This document shows, piece after piece, positions 37,453 through 50,562 of a DNA stretch of 64,000 nucleotides. Location of the stretch: NCBI GenBank assembly GCA_028534125.1, contig CM052818.1:10852001-10916000 (forward strand), read 5' to 3'. The notes under the pieces are model-generated. The model made no database searches. It worked only from the letters and a program-made list of their open reading frames with translations, and had not been told where the DNA came from. A program made the position numbers and the translations under genes. Numbering within the stretch: position 1 is the stretch's first letter; every line of letters begins with the position of its first letter. Source of the DNA: Lama glama. Taxonomy: Eukaryota.

Positions 37453-40400
37453 TTCTCCTGAGTGAACGCCACAACCTCCAAAAGACTCCTAAATTAGATT
37501 ACCTGTCTTAGAGATCATCGCTTGCTTTTTCTATTTCTCCAGGACTAAGAAAAAAATTAAGCTAATGACAGTTTTCTGGTATCCACTAGTGTTTTCAGCA
37601 CTCTAGGTATAAAAAAGAGATGAGAGACAAGAACCTTTCATTAGGAAGTTTGAACTTCCAAAATATATCAGGTCACTTGACACCGCTATGGACACTGTTA
37701 AAAACAGAATTATTTGCTGCGTGTTTGAAGGCTACTCAGCCATTGTTTAAGAATTGACTGGGTGGCTAAGATAGAGTGGGATTTTCTTGATTAGAGGCAA
37801 AAATAAAGCCAGAAAAGACCTGAGATGGTACCATTTTTACAGCTACTTTAGATACCCTTAATTTAGGAAGACTGACCAAAAATATAATGTTGGCTCCAGC
37901 CTCTCCCTGCAGTTTGTAGGCCTTTGCCCTCTTTTCTCCTCTGTTTATATATGAGTACTTTGTATTTTTCTCTTGCCTGTTAGGAAGTTATACACATGGA
38001 ATTTTGGGAATTTTTTTAATGTTATAGTAATGTAGAGCGGCTATCCCAGCTTTCCATCAGAAGTGGCAGGCAGCCAAAAACTAGAATCATTGTTTGCAAA
38101 CTCTAAATATAGAGTCAAGATTTATATGAAGAAAACAGATATGTCTTGTTATAAAACCATGAATAAGCATTGGCACAAACATAATAGTTTATTCTTCCTT
38201 GATACCGCTTATTTTAAATAGCTATCTATCTTTTCCGAAGATACTGTAGAAAGATACATCACAGAAACATTTGCTTCAGCTCAAAGTACCAGAGGGTTGC
38301 TTGCTCTTTTCTTCATGCAGTCAAGACTTCGTTATTTCTAGGGGTGATGAGGGAAACAAGAGCCTAAAGGTGATTTGGTCTTTCTGCGCTTCAGATAGCC
38401 CATGGGGATGTTATTATTAATAATGCATCATATTCATCTTTAGGTCACTGTTGATGTGGTTTGCTTTTTTTATTCTGGGTTTGCTCTAACTTTGCACAGA
38501 GGTTGCCTTGATCTGGAGACTTCTTTGGCCTTTAGTTTACAGGATGTCACGTTCAGCAATGAAAGAAGTCTCTCCCATACCCCATCTGTGCTCCTTTCTG
38601 CTTCCTTCCCATCCTGCCCCTTTGTTTTGATTTCCATCCCCTTTAATCATTTCTGCTTGGTCCGCAGTGAATGGGCAGCAGGGGGAAAAAGACTTTCAGA
38701 AAGAGTTAAAAAGGATGGATGAAATTCATACAATGTACACCATATGGCCTGACAGTTTCCAGATTAGGTAAACATTTCTATTGGGGATAAATAGTCCTGT
38801 ACATTGATGTAAAGAAATTGCATGAGACAAGGGCATATTTAGCATAGTTACTCTATGGAGTAATGTTTGCTCCGTGAGAGAAATCTGAAAACTCAAGGGC
38901 AAGTGGCAGGGGGCAGGGAGGGGGGCCTTGATATAGCCTAACTTTTGGAAGAAGGGGTTAAAAATCATGGGTTTGTGGCCAAAGTAAATACTGTCTCCTC
39001 TAAGTTGAACATTTATAATTTTTCTTCAAATGTATACCCACATATACACAGACACACACTTGCAGGTAATTCCCAACAGTCTATCATCAGACCTTCCTGA
39101 AAAAACAGAAGGATTAAATTTTATCAAAATCCATTTCTGAGTGGCCCATGCCTGCAGAAAGACACTTGCAGTGTCTGGCAAATTGATGCTAGGTGGATTA
39201 TCATGAGTGTGTGTGCCTGTTTGGGGTGTAGACTGATCTCTCCTTGGTGAACAGCCCCAGAACCATAGATTTCATTTGATCTTTGCAAAGGCTAACATCT
39301 GTCTGCTGTCATTTTAGTAAGATTGATGACAGGCAAGAAAGGAGAGGAGAGGGAGTCGAGGGAACAGAGACCTGGAGAAGGAGCTCGGGACGGCCCCAGT
39401 GGCAGTGGCCGAGGCTGCCAGGGGTCACTGCTGCGAACTCTCTTCCTTGGTGGGAAGCAGCCGAGCCCCACACTGGCAGTAACTGTACTGGGTTGTTACA
39501 GCTGATAGCTGGAACTCCAAGACACAGAGGTGGCATTTTGCACCTTATATATCTTAATAGATTACTCACATTGCAGGCAGCACCAAGCTAAATGTTATGA
39601 CAGCCATAAGAATGTAGTTTACTGTTATCTTAATGTAGCTGGGCAGCACAGGGTAAAGCCATCAAAAAATATATATTTTTTAAGTTTCCAAGAGAAACTA
39701 ACTGATACAGACATGGAGCTATTTTTACCACGAAGTCCTGAATTTTGGCAAACGCCTTTCAAACTATAATTTTAAATATATACACACATATTTCACATAT
39801 GCATATGTGTATGCATCTCTGCACATTTGTATATGCATTTCCTCTACTTGCTAAATATCGTTTTTCTTTCACTACTTCCCTTAAATTGTTACGTGAACAC
39901 CATATAGGGAAGAGTCACTTTAGATATTTTTAAGAGATGATCTCGTATTTGGAGCTTGTGTAGCAAATAGTAAGCATTGTTTTTGAAAATATAAATGGCC
40001 CACTTGTGTGATTTGGCATGAATGAGTGAATAAGTGAATAAATGAAAACATGAATGAATGATGACTTGGACCTTCAGTCGACAACATGGGTTAAATATAC
40101 TACTTGCCTCCAGTTTCTCTAGGCACACACACCTGGCAGGAAGACGCCTGTACTGACCTGTGATGCACATGAAATTTGATGAGGTTAAATACCCCACTGC
40201 ACAGGGGGAGTCCAGGGACAGCAATAAGACCTATTTCTGTGCATTTGCTTGTTTTTGTACTGGTGTGGTCGGATGTTTGATTTGAACTTGCTGAAGCAGA
40301 GGCTGCAGGGAGTGTTAGACTAGTTTTGGCCTTTATCAGCAGGAGGCAGATTCCATGAATAGAATTTAATCCAGACACATAGAGCACTTTCCAAATTTAG

Positions 40401-41274
40401 TTGGAAAGTTAAACAAGTTTGCTTTATTCAGTGGGAGCCCTCAGGGCCTTAGGATTCCTCGTGACATCATGGTGATGACATGATAGAGTGGCTGAGTTCC
40501 ACAGTCCAGTTTATGCAAATTCCAGAACCCTCCAGAAAGCAGCCTTAAAGATTAAATCATCTAGTCCCACACAATTCTACAAATGAAAAAATGGGTATTT
40601 AAAAGAATTAATCTCCAAATATCTTGCCAGAATTCTCTTTTAATTTGGCAAACAAAGTTGTGCTTTGAATGAGTTCATATAGAGCCAGATCAGCGGTGAG
40701 AGAGAATGAATGTTTAAACATCGGAAAGGAGTGAACACACAAGTGAATGTAGGTTGCTATTTGTACAATATTGAAGAAATTGTTTAAAAATTGTCAAGGC
40801 CTGTAGGTTATAGTATATTAGGGGACTGATTTATACAGTGTCAGTCAGTTTTACTACAGTTTGGTTCACCGAATTGTTCCGTTATTTGGGGGAATTTTTG
40901 AATGTGTAAATATATTCATTGAAGTTAATTATTTTTTAGCAGAGGGTGGGGAGAGCTTAATTATAAATATTACTCCTTTTTTTCTGCAGAGTACCAATAC
41001 TAGAAACTGCCTAGCTGTAACATAGCAGGAGCATGGAGAATTAGCTCTTCTGCCCCAGTGACCTTTTTACAAGTGTGTTCCCGAGTTTTCAGTGGCGAAT
41101 CCTGCTGAATGAATCAGGGGAAAAGATTCCACCGAGGGTGGGGGAGTCTCTGGCTGAGACTGGGAATTCATAAAGACTTGGTTGATAAGTCATGTTTAGT
41201 TTTTGTTTGTTTGTTTGTTTTTTTGTTTTGTTTTTAATCATCCTCAGCAGTACAGTATGTAATTTATATAACTG

Positions 41275-42150
41275 CCTTAGTCAGGGTCCATATACATTTG
41301 AAAGGATAAGTTTAATTGAGGAATTTTTTTTTTTTTTGTGGCTTGAGCAGTGTTAAGAGGATCCCCAAGGGATGGTGAAGCATGGAGGTCCTGGCAACTG
41401 GGGATGTCTGAAGGAGAAAAGGGGGACCAGAGCACCTCAGAGCTAGACCCATTTGTAGTGGGCTGAAAGGTGGTCCCTCAACAGATATGCTCTTCCAGAT
41501 CCTGCACATGTGACCTTACTTAGCAAAGGTCTTGGCAGATGTAACTAAGTTAAGGATCTTAAGATGAGATCATGCTGGATCATCCAGCTGGGCCCCAAAT
41601 CCAATGGTAAATGTCCTTATAGAAGAGAAGACACAGACAGAGGGGAGTAGCATGTGATGACAGAGACAGAGGCTGAACTTCTAGGCAGCTACAGACCAAG
41701 GAATGCCTAGAGTCACCAGAAGCTGGAAGAAGCAAAGAATTCTCTCCTACAGCCTTCAGAGGGAGCATGGCACTGCTGACACCTTGATTTTGGGCTTCTG
41801 GCCCCCAGAGCTGGGAGAGAATAAATGTCTGTTGTTGTAAGTCTCCCAGTTTGAGGCACTTTGTTATGGCAGCTCTTGGAAACTAATACACCATTGGACA
41901 GGGACTTACTTCCAGATAAGAGCCACTGCCAACACAGCTGCCAGCACAGCTCATGGGAAGGAAGCAAGGGCAGCATCACACATAACCTGTCCCCTCCCTC
42001 TCTGATCTCTCACTGCTGCCTCCCATTGGCCAAAGTGTATCAGAAGATGGGTACAAGAGAGCCCCAGTGAGCTGGTCCAAGGAGGCCAAGCTTTGGGATG
42101 TGAAATAGAGGAAAGAAGGATTTGGAGGGGAAACAGAAATGATTGGGCAC
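41275..42150 (-). mobile_element. LTR33-like ERVL LTR split by an MLT1C insertion
   Basis: Left part 'ttagtcagggtcc...caagggatggtg' and right part 'ctgcctcccattggccaaa...ggatttggaggggaaacag...ggcaca' are the two ends of an antisense LTR33-type LTR. Confidence 0.6.
41454..41890 (+). mobile_element. MaLR solo LTR, MLT1C-like, with intact 5-bp TSD
   Basis: TG...CA termini ('tgtagtgggctgaa'...'ggaaactaataca'), 'cagccttcagagggagcatggcactgctgacaccttgatttt', AATAAA near the 3' end; TSD 'ccatt' at 41449-41453 and 41891-41895. Confidence 0.92.
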
Positions 42151-43231
42151 AGCAGGGATACAGCATGTATTCCTTTGTAACTCAGTCTCCAAAAGTAAAA
42201 ACTTCATAATGTCTCATTACTCAGAGAGAGGCTCAGAAAGTAAATTCAGACTCCCAGTTATCACTGGTTTGGGGGAGCCCGCCCTCAAGGCAGGGTGATG
42301 ATAGTTGTGAAGTGTTGGGGGTTTGGTTAAAACTGAAATTAATGTGTTTAGGCTCATCAAAAGACATGTATTTTAAAAGGCTGAGAAAAAAATAGTTTCG
42401 GAACTATATAGGGAACTCCAAGCAAATATGAAACATAAGAAGATGCACACAAAATGATGTTTTCTAGCTGCTCTGCTACATTCTTTCCATGCTCTGTTAT
42501 ACTCTGCTGCTAGTCAGTTATGACTTTTTATATGTTCAGATTTCTAGCCGTCCAGTCAAACGAGGATTTGAGCTTCTCTGTGAGAATCTCAAGCCTTTTA
42601 TGCTTGTAATTAGTTTGCTCCTGAGAAATGAGAGGTTTCATAACTTTTATCATAGAACTGCCTGTATTTCAAATTATATTTGAACTATATCTCAGAGCTT
42701 CACGCCCATTCTAGGACAACCCACTTCCCAAAGTGCAGGCTTTCAAATTCTGTGTGAACTTCTAACATCCCAAAGTGGAACAGTAAGCATTCAGGGAGAC
42801 ACCACAGAAAATAATACTCAATACATTATTTTCTCAATTTTAAGGTTTTCATTTGCAAATGTTTATTAGAAATGCTGCTTGCTAGTTTTGATATGATGTG
42901 TGATGAGGTCTAATTTAGCACCAAGTTAACATTTTACACATTTATTTTACATTTTCTGTATCAGTTTTTCATGGGAGCTTACAGTGAAAATTCCTATTTC
43001 TAGGCACTCTGTCACATGACATTTTTAAGAAATACAGCCCCCAAATTCTGCAAGAAGTGTTAAAATGAGCAGCGTCTTTTCCTGGACCTTCATCACTATA
43101 GAATTTTCCCAAAAGCAATACATTGTTACAGCACTGGCCTTTCTATTGAAAGTAAAGTATTGATTTAGAAAAAATTCCTCCTTGCAGAAGTTAGCGATAA
43201 GCATCTCTCTTACTATTTTTACTCTATTAGA

Positions 43232-43460
43232 ATAATGGAACACGCGTAAGCTTTGGAGTCAGGCAAACCTGCAATTGGATTATGACTTTATCACAAACTA
43301 GAAGAACTTGCTCTTTTCTAAACCTCAGAATCCTTAGGTGTAAAATAGCCCATCACACAGGGTTGCTACAAAGATTCAATGAAATTATGTAAGCAGAGCT
43401 CCTCCTACTGTGCCTGGTCCATTGTAGGTGCTCAGTAAATATGTAGTGATTAATAACTTT
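43232..43460 (+). mobile_element. MIR SINE
   Basis: 'gctttggagtcaggcaaacctg', 'cacagggttgctacaaagattcaatga', 'gtaggtgctcagtaaat'. Confidence 0.8.
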
Positions 43461-46022
43461 GCTGTTAAATAAGGATGCCCAGGAAGATGAAATGGAACAA
43501 ACTGTTGTGCCTTGAAAAGCTGCTTTTGATTTTGTCACCTTGGGCTTTCTGGTACTCCCCTACCCCCTCCCCCCCAACCCCCACCGTCTGCTCTCCTGCA
43601 GCCTTGTCTAGCTTCCTAATTTATCTCCCCTCCCTCTTATTATGTTTTATTTCCACCCATTCTTACCCTCCTCTGGCTGTTTGGTGCCCAAGAGAGAGCC
43701 CAGCATGAGGATTTGGCTGAGTGTACGTGTCCCCTTTTCCCTCCCCAAATTAAATGCAAGCTCTGACTTGGCAGATCAGGTCCATTTTCTTCAGCTCCAC
43801 AGGACCTGAGTGGGATAAGGAGCTGATCTGCTGCTAATTAGAATCAGTGACCCTGGCCTGATTCCAAGGTTTAGAAAAAGGCAGAGCTACCTGTCCCAGC
43901 ACTGCCTGGTACTCGATACCTTTTCTTCCCGAACCAAACTGATCCATTTATCCACATCCTGGAAGTCCAAATAATCAATTGTCTGCTGGGTAGGACGGAA
44001 CACATGCTCCTGAACTTTGCAGTTTGCACATGTTACAACGACAATGCTTACAGTATGGTGGGTAAAAATGTGAATGGTGTGTAGCTTAGAGTCAGGCATT
44101 GAGCACAGATGAAAATATTTGTCTGTGTCCCCCTTTTGGACAGGTGACACAGTTTCTGTGTCTGTCAAGTGTTTTCCTCTGGTAGATTGTTCAATCTTAT
44201 TAAAAAATCACTTGTGGGAAGGGCAGATTATCCCAGGCAAACCATTTGTATTAATCTGGATATATTTGGCTCTTTATAATTCTGTTCTAACAGTCACTTC
44301 CTGAAAGAAATGTCTTTTCTTGGGGTTTTTACAAAATATAGTAGGAGAAACGGCTGATAAAAAATTTTACTTTATAAAAAGTAAAGAATTAGTTTAGAAA
44401 GCAAAAGAACAGGGCACATATATCTCAGTGACACAGGGAAATATGATATGGATATTATGGGTTATCACAATTTCAGCCATATTTGAGGCAAAGTATTATG
44501 TTCAAGTCACAGGTGCCATAAGTATCACAAAGTTTGTTTCCTACTCTGCTGTAGTTGAACTTGAGGAGAAAATCTTCCTTCAAGAAAATGGCCTTCCTTC
44601 CAAGGGCTGGATATCATTAGATATTGCCAACAGGGGTGTTATCATAAAATTATTAAAACCTCTGCTCTTTCCTACTGGAAGGAGTAATTTACATGGTTCT
44701 AGAGAAGTTGACAAAGAAAAGTGTGAATGAGAATGGATTATGTACCTACATCCAGTTGACAAACGATGTTCCAGAATGCAGAGAGACTGGGCCAAATTAG
44801 ATGGCAGGCTACTTGCTTTTCTATTGAGAGAAATGCTACAAAGGCTTTGCAATGGGCAGTAGCCCCTTTACACTAGAATTGGGGGTTGGCGAGGACATGA
44901 AGAGAGGATCCTTTAGAATGTGGGTATGTAGAAATTTGAAGTGTGTGTGTAGAAGTTAGAAGTGTGATTGTGTGTGTTGTGTGTGTGTCTCACCACAACC
45001 AGGAGAGTACTTCAATAGCAACACAAACAAAAGCTGCAGATTCAATGGTAAGGAAACTCACCTTGTAACAGAATGCTATGTAAAACCATAAGAAGTCTCA
45101 TGATGCTCTTCCGTGCCCCCATTTTCCTAATATTTAGATCGGTTCTAGAATGTGGTAGAGAACACTTGAACACTAATTCTGAAGGAAAATGAAGAGTGTT
45201 CCATTTAAATTATAGATCTACCTATGTTCTTAAAGTATGATATTCCCTCTTGCGAAACACAAACAAGAACTCAGATCCAAGCAGCATGCTAAAAACTCCA
45301 GCGTTTTAAAAGAAAATCACACATGCTCACAAAAGCCTGTCACAGGCCTGGCAAAAGCCTAACCACCTAGCCATCATTGATGGTAATGGGAAATCTGATA
45401 GTTTTCTGTTTGCAGCAGAAACTCCTCCCTCTCCCACTCCTTTATTTTTTTATTTTTTATAGTTTTAAAAGCAGAATCTTGATTGGAGTTTTGATGGGAA
45501 GTCTTACTGGGGATAGGAGAAAGTATTAAATCTAAATCTTAATGGGTATGTGTAATAACTACAGTATTTCATCTTTCATTCAGTATTCATTGCCTCTCAC
45601 CACGGGCCTGGCATGGCGCTAGGTCAGGGGCTGCATGGGTGAACGGGACAGAAACTAGGTCAGATTTTGGTGAGGGAGACTACAGAGAAATCAGAAGATT
45701 TTTAAATGTTGAGAGAATAATAATGGCTTATGTATCTTGAGTCTGATATGCTAGACAATAGTCTTAAGTGTTTATTTACCATGTGCTAATTTATTTAATT
45801 CTCATAAACACAGGCTGGACATACTTGGAATGGTCAAAGTAGGCTGAAGTGGGGGTGCATGGTTGGGGAGCACTAACCTAGGTTTTGGGGACACTGAAGA
45901 CTCCATATTAAAGGTAAAATTTACTGCCACTTTAGGCAGTTAATTAGCCCCAAACATGTTGAGAAGCACTTTCCAGGCAGAGCATCAAGTATACCTGTAT
46001 TTCAGGGGCTGAGACCATGATA

Positions 46023-46227
46023 CAGCCAGCCTTCCATATCCGCGGGTTCCACATCCTCAAATTAAACCAACCATGAACCATGTAGTTCTGTTTATGATCC
46101 TCGCGTGGTTGAATCCGAGGTGGAGCCCATAGATACGGAGGGCAGACTAAGGGACTTGAGCATCCCTGAATTTTGGTAACCACAGGGGTCCTGGAACTAA
46201 TCCCCTACGAATACTGAGGAATGACTG
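46023..46227 (-). mobile_element. TcMar-Tigger MITE, MER2-family
   Basis: TA on both flanks (46021-22, 46228-29); termini 'cagccagccttccatatccgcggg' and 'ggggtcctggaactaatcccctacgaatactgaggaatgactg' match MER2-type TIRs. Confidence 0.85.
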
Positions 46228-48409
46228 TATACATTTGGGACTGCAATTACTTAAATTTCACTGGAGCCAGATGACAAGGGGATCAGGGATTAGACAGGAA
46301 TCTAGGGAGGTAAGCAGAGGTTGTTTGGTTCTCAAAAGGTAATGAAACACTTTGAGGACAATATTGAAGAGAGGTTTTGGTATTTCCTTCCCCTCTTCAC
46401 AAGTGCCCAGGTGACCCCCCCTCTGTGTGCAGTGCACTGTAGATTCCAGAAGCTCCTGAAGGCTGAGGGAAGGAGGAGGTTTGTCAGCATCATCCTCTCT
46501 CTGTGCTTGGCATCTCTGTTCTTGCTGCTGCCATTGGCTTGTCTACAGGGAGAAAACAGAGATGATTCAGCAGATTCTAGCCTGACTCTCTCTAGCTAGT
46601 TTCAGGGATGGTCTGATGCACCCTCTTAAACCTCTGGGGGCTTGTCTTCTCCTCTCCACATCTGTGCTCTTCTCTCCCCAACTTTAGCATAAGATACACA
46701 AGGTTAAGAATTAGATCATAGACTTTATTTGTCACTCAACATATTGTAGTTTCTTCAAAAATACCCACTAGTTTGTTGGCCATCATGCTTCTGGAAAAGT
46801 TGGTTATGAATCACATGTTGCTATCCAATATATTTCAATATTTAACCATTCTAGTGCTTTTATGCAGTAAAATTATTTTAATCTTTAGTAAAAACATACT
46901 GGCTTAAAATATGAGCATTGTGTTGAACACATCGAAGATACTCAAAAATTGCATTCTAAATTGAGAAATAAATTTTGGAATTTAGAAAGTAGCTAATGAG
47001 GCATGTTGTTTCTGAATTATCTATAATATACAGAATATGTATATATGAAAGTTTTGTGAATGAATAGACATTAAATGAACTATATTATTTTATTTATTTT
47101 AATGTTATTACTATGAATCTGTGGAGATGGAGAGTTGAATGGATCACTTCCCATTTGGGTGCCATCTTGTGTAAAGTGAGCTTTAAGCTCACATGAAAGA
47201 GCTTATCAGAAAACCTCATGTGCCCCAAACTGGTGAATGTCAGATTTTTACCTTATAGATCTGGTGTTTTTGTCCTAGATTTCCAGGATGGGAAGATGTA
47301 ATAAAAGGGCAAAAATGGAAAAAAGAAGCAAATGGCTTCAGGTCTTCCCATATCTCAAATGGGAAAAGAGATAAGGAAGGGTACACGGTCTTCTGGGCTA
47401 AGTTTTCTGAGTTCCAAATAACAACTATGGATTTCCTAAAATCTTAGTTTCATCTTTCCAAAGAAAAAGTATAAGAAAACATTGTTAATGATGAGCAAGA
47501 GTGATAGCAAGAGGGGATTTTTCTGATCAGATAGCTCTTACTGAATTGCACATTGGGCGTTTGCAAATGTTTCTAGTAGATAAATGGTAGTTACACCACT
47601 TGCAACATCAGGCTGCACAATCTTGGTCCTGTCAGCCACAAACCAGCCTAGAAGAGAATGAAAGTAGCTAGTTGTAGGGTGATGATGTGTTTAAAAAATA
47701 TCTATGTGTATGGCATGTGCTGAAAATCCACAAGTGCCCTCTGCATTGGAAAATTTATACAAGGGTCCAGAAATTGTGATTTATTTTTTAACTATCAGGA
47801 CCACTGAACTGTGCTATGAGGACCAAGGAATGGAACAGGGCCCACGAAAAAGGACACGAGTGGCCAGAACTGGCTCAGCTGCACTCACCAAGTGCTTGTC
47901 CTCAGATGGAGACCCACGGTCGGCTCTGTTAGATGCTATTTTCGAAATCTTCACAAAGGGCTGTGCAGTGATTATATGTATTCATGATGTGCATAGCGTG
48001 TGCTCAGCTCAAAGGATATTTGAATGATGCTTTGAGAATTATTCCTAAAAAAGGATTCAGCATCTGTAAACTGCTTCGTCTTTGAGAATGGGAAGAAAAA
48101 AAAATATGGCTTGATTTTCTTAAAAAACAAATCCCAACTCATAAAGCAGAGCAGCTTCTGTGAGATGGTGTTAATGCCCTATTACCCACCTAACACACTG
48201 AGGCATAATCACGTGCGCTCATGTGCACAGAATCACAAGCCCACGTAAACAACTGGATGGCATTGGTGCTTTCAGTTTTCTTTGTTTTCCAGCATATTCT
48301 AAACACTGAAGGATTGTCACCCAAAACAGTCTAGTGGAGTCTAAGAGAACTTTTGCTATCTCACAGCTTCATTCCCTGTTTAGTTTTTATCCTGTCACTG
48401 ACGAGAAGT

Positions 48410-48590
48410 TATTCATTGACTACCTATTACAATGTGCAAAGCACTGTCCAGGTGACACTTGCTGTGCACAAACTCGTGGGATTGTGAACTATTTGAGAAT
48501 AGGGGCTGTGTCTTAATCGTACGTACACTCAGCATGAAGCCTGAAACATAGTGGACACCTGGTAAAAGTCCATTGAATAAATGAATACAC
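48410..48590. mobile_element. Two opposed L2 3' tails
   Basis: Antisense 'ttattcattgactacctattacaatgtgcaaagcactgt' then sense 'gcctgaaacatagtggacacc...ttgaataaatgaat'. Confidence 0.6.
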
Positions 48591-48716
48591 AACTGTTCCT
48601 TCTCTCTCCCCCATTAGTTTGCAATTTATTTAAGAGACCCGATTCTTTTTCTTCTTTCTTTTTTAAACTCCCTTTTTATCTACCTGAATTACTTTGTTAA
48701 GGAAGTCAAGGTTCTT

Positions 48717-49197
48717 GTGTTAGACTGTATTGAAGGTCCTGCTCTATAGATTTCCTCTGCAGTGCCACTGTGCACCTAGATGGGGTCTGTTACTTCACCC
48801 CCTTGAATGTGGGTTGGTCTTTGACTGCTTTGGGCCGTGTGGTATGAATGACAGTGTCGGTGTGTCTGTTCTGAGCCTAGGCCTCAAGAGGGCTTGTGCT
48901 CTTTTGTTCTCCGTTTTGGACTTTTGCCCCATGAGAGTGTTTCCTGACTAGTCTGATGGAGGAACAGAGGTCACATGGACCAGAGCCAGTTCATCCCAGC
49001 TAAGTCCCTAGATGAGCCAGGTCCCCAGCTGACCTGCCAACCAATCGCAGGGACATGAGCAAGGCCAGCTTAGAGAGGCAGAGCTACCCAACCAAAACGT
49101 AGAATTCTAGCAAAAATAAATATCTATTGTTGTACGCCACTGAGCTGCTATGGTTGTTTGTTACGCTGCATTTCTGTGAGAAGAAATAACTGATACC
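48717..49197 (+). mobile_element. MaLR solo LTR, MLT1H-like
   Basis: 'ttctgagcctaggcctcaagagg', 'ccccagctgacctgcca', 'aataaatatctattgttgtacgccactgag...ggttgtttgttacgctgca...taactgatac'. Confidence 0.85.
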
Positions 49198-50194
49198 AAC
49201 ATCTTTAAGTTGATTTTCCTCCTGGCTTTTTCTTTACTCTTCATGGTCTGTTAATCACATTTTCCCAAAATCTGTTCTCAAGAAAATTTCTGATTTCAGT
49301 CACTTGTAAATAAATGTTAATTTAATATATTACTTATTTACAAGGTATTAATATTTTAAGCATATACTATGACTGTGGAAAGCAAGGTCTTACACTGTGT
49401 TAAACCAGTTTATTCTCATTGTTGATCAGAGAGAGGAGATGTGGCCATGTCATTGAATGCCTAAGAGTAGCAGTTGGGCTCTTGGATAGTACAACCTCAA
49501 AGACGTCTAACCTTGAGACAAGGCACCAAATCTTTACCCTGTCTAACGGTCAATAATGTTGCAGTCACAATCTCTTTGCCTTCTGGGAGCTTTTAATCTA
49601 AACATATTAGCAATGGCTCAATAAAACAGCAGAGATGATAAAGACAACTATGAAGAAGTGGACCTGTTTATGACATTATTTATATTTATTAAAACTCAGA
49701 TAGTGTACTGAAGTTCTAAGGAGTTGTTTTAAACTTTCAGATCAAAAATAACTGATCAGTAAAATGCCTAATGTGTATGCCTGTTGATTGCACCAATTTG
49801 GATATGAATGAAGCACTCTCAAGAGAATGTGTAAAGACAGCAGAAGTGCAGTGGGAACATTTTATTAGGAAAAATATAGTAGACAGAATTTTGAAATAGG
49901 AAGACAACTATGAAGACAACTTGTAGAAAGAAACCAAAACTCATCTTGTTCATGGCGGATGATTTGGCACAACAGAAAAGAAACATAGAAAGTAACAAGT
50001 AAGAGAAAAACTACTTGTTTCATAATCTAGAGCATCTTCCCCAGTGAGCTGAACATCTCTGAGCTTCTGAAGTTAGGATTGCAGACCCCAGCCAAAGAGT
50101 GGCGGTTTGTAAAGAGTTTTGCCCCTCGGTGTGTTCCCTTAACCCAAAAAACTGCTGCAGCGCTTCAAGAATTACAGATCTTACAATGACAATT

Positions 50195-50562
50195 CTTACT
50201 GAACAAATATTTGCACTGTTTTAATTTCATGCCATCGACATCAACAATCATTTATGGAGTGTCCACAGCATGCATGAAGCATCAGAGTAAACACAGGTTT
50301 TACAGAGTAGAGAAGATAAGGTTACTGTCCACAAAGAAGTTGGGCTGTAGGAGTCCATTTGTTCACTTAGTTCAATCATTTAATCAATCAATCAACCAGT
50401 CTATCCATCAGCCCATCACCAGCAGCTCTGAAACATCAGAACCCTGCAGTTCATTCTGTTTCTCTGGGCCTTGGACAAGAGCCTAGTGCTTTCATGTAGT
50501 AGGCGCCAAACAGATATTTGTTGACTTGATACAACGGCTCCATATATTTTGACTGACTGATG
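50195..50562. mobile_element. Cluster of L2 tails in both orientations
   Basis: 'catttatggagtgtccac', (ATCA)n tail at ~50370-50400, sense tail 'catgtagtaggcgccaaacagatatttgttgacttga'. Confidence 0.6.

Noticed and set aside
44428..44852. Overlapping 100-aa and 90-aa ORFs, possible pseudogene
   Set aside because: No recognisable family, poly-A or TSD; lengths are within chance expectation.
47176..47192. 17-bp palindrome gtgagctt-t-aagctcac (similar: gggatcct-g-aggatccc near 16884)
   Set aside because: 8-bp arms are expected about once or twice by chance in 64 kb.
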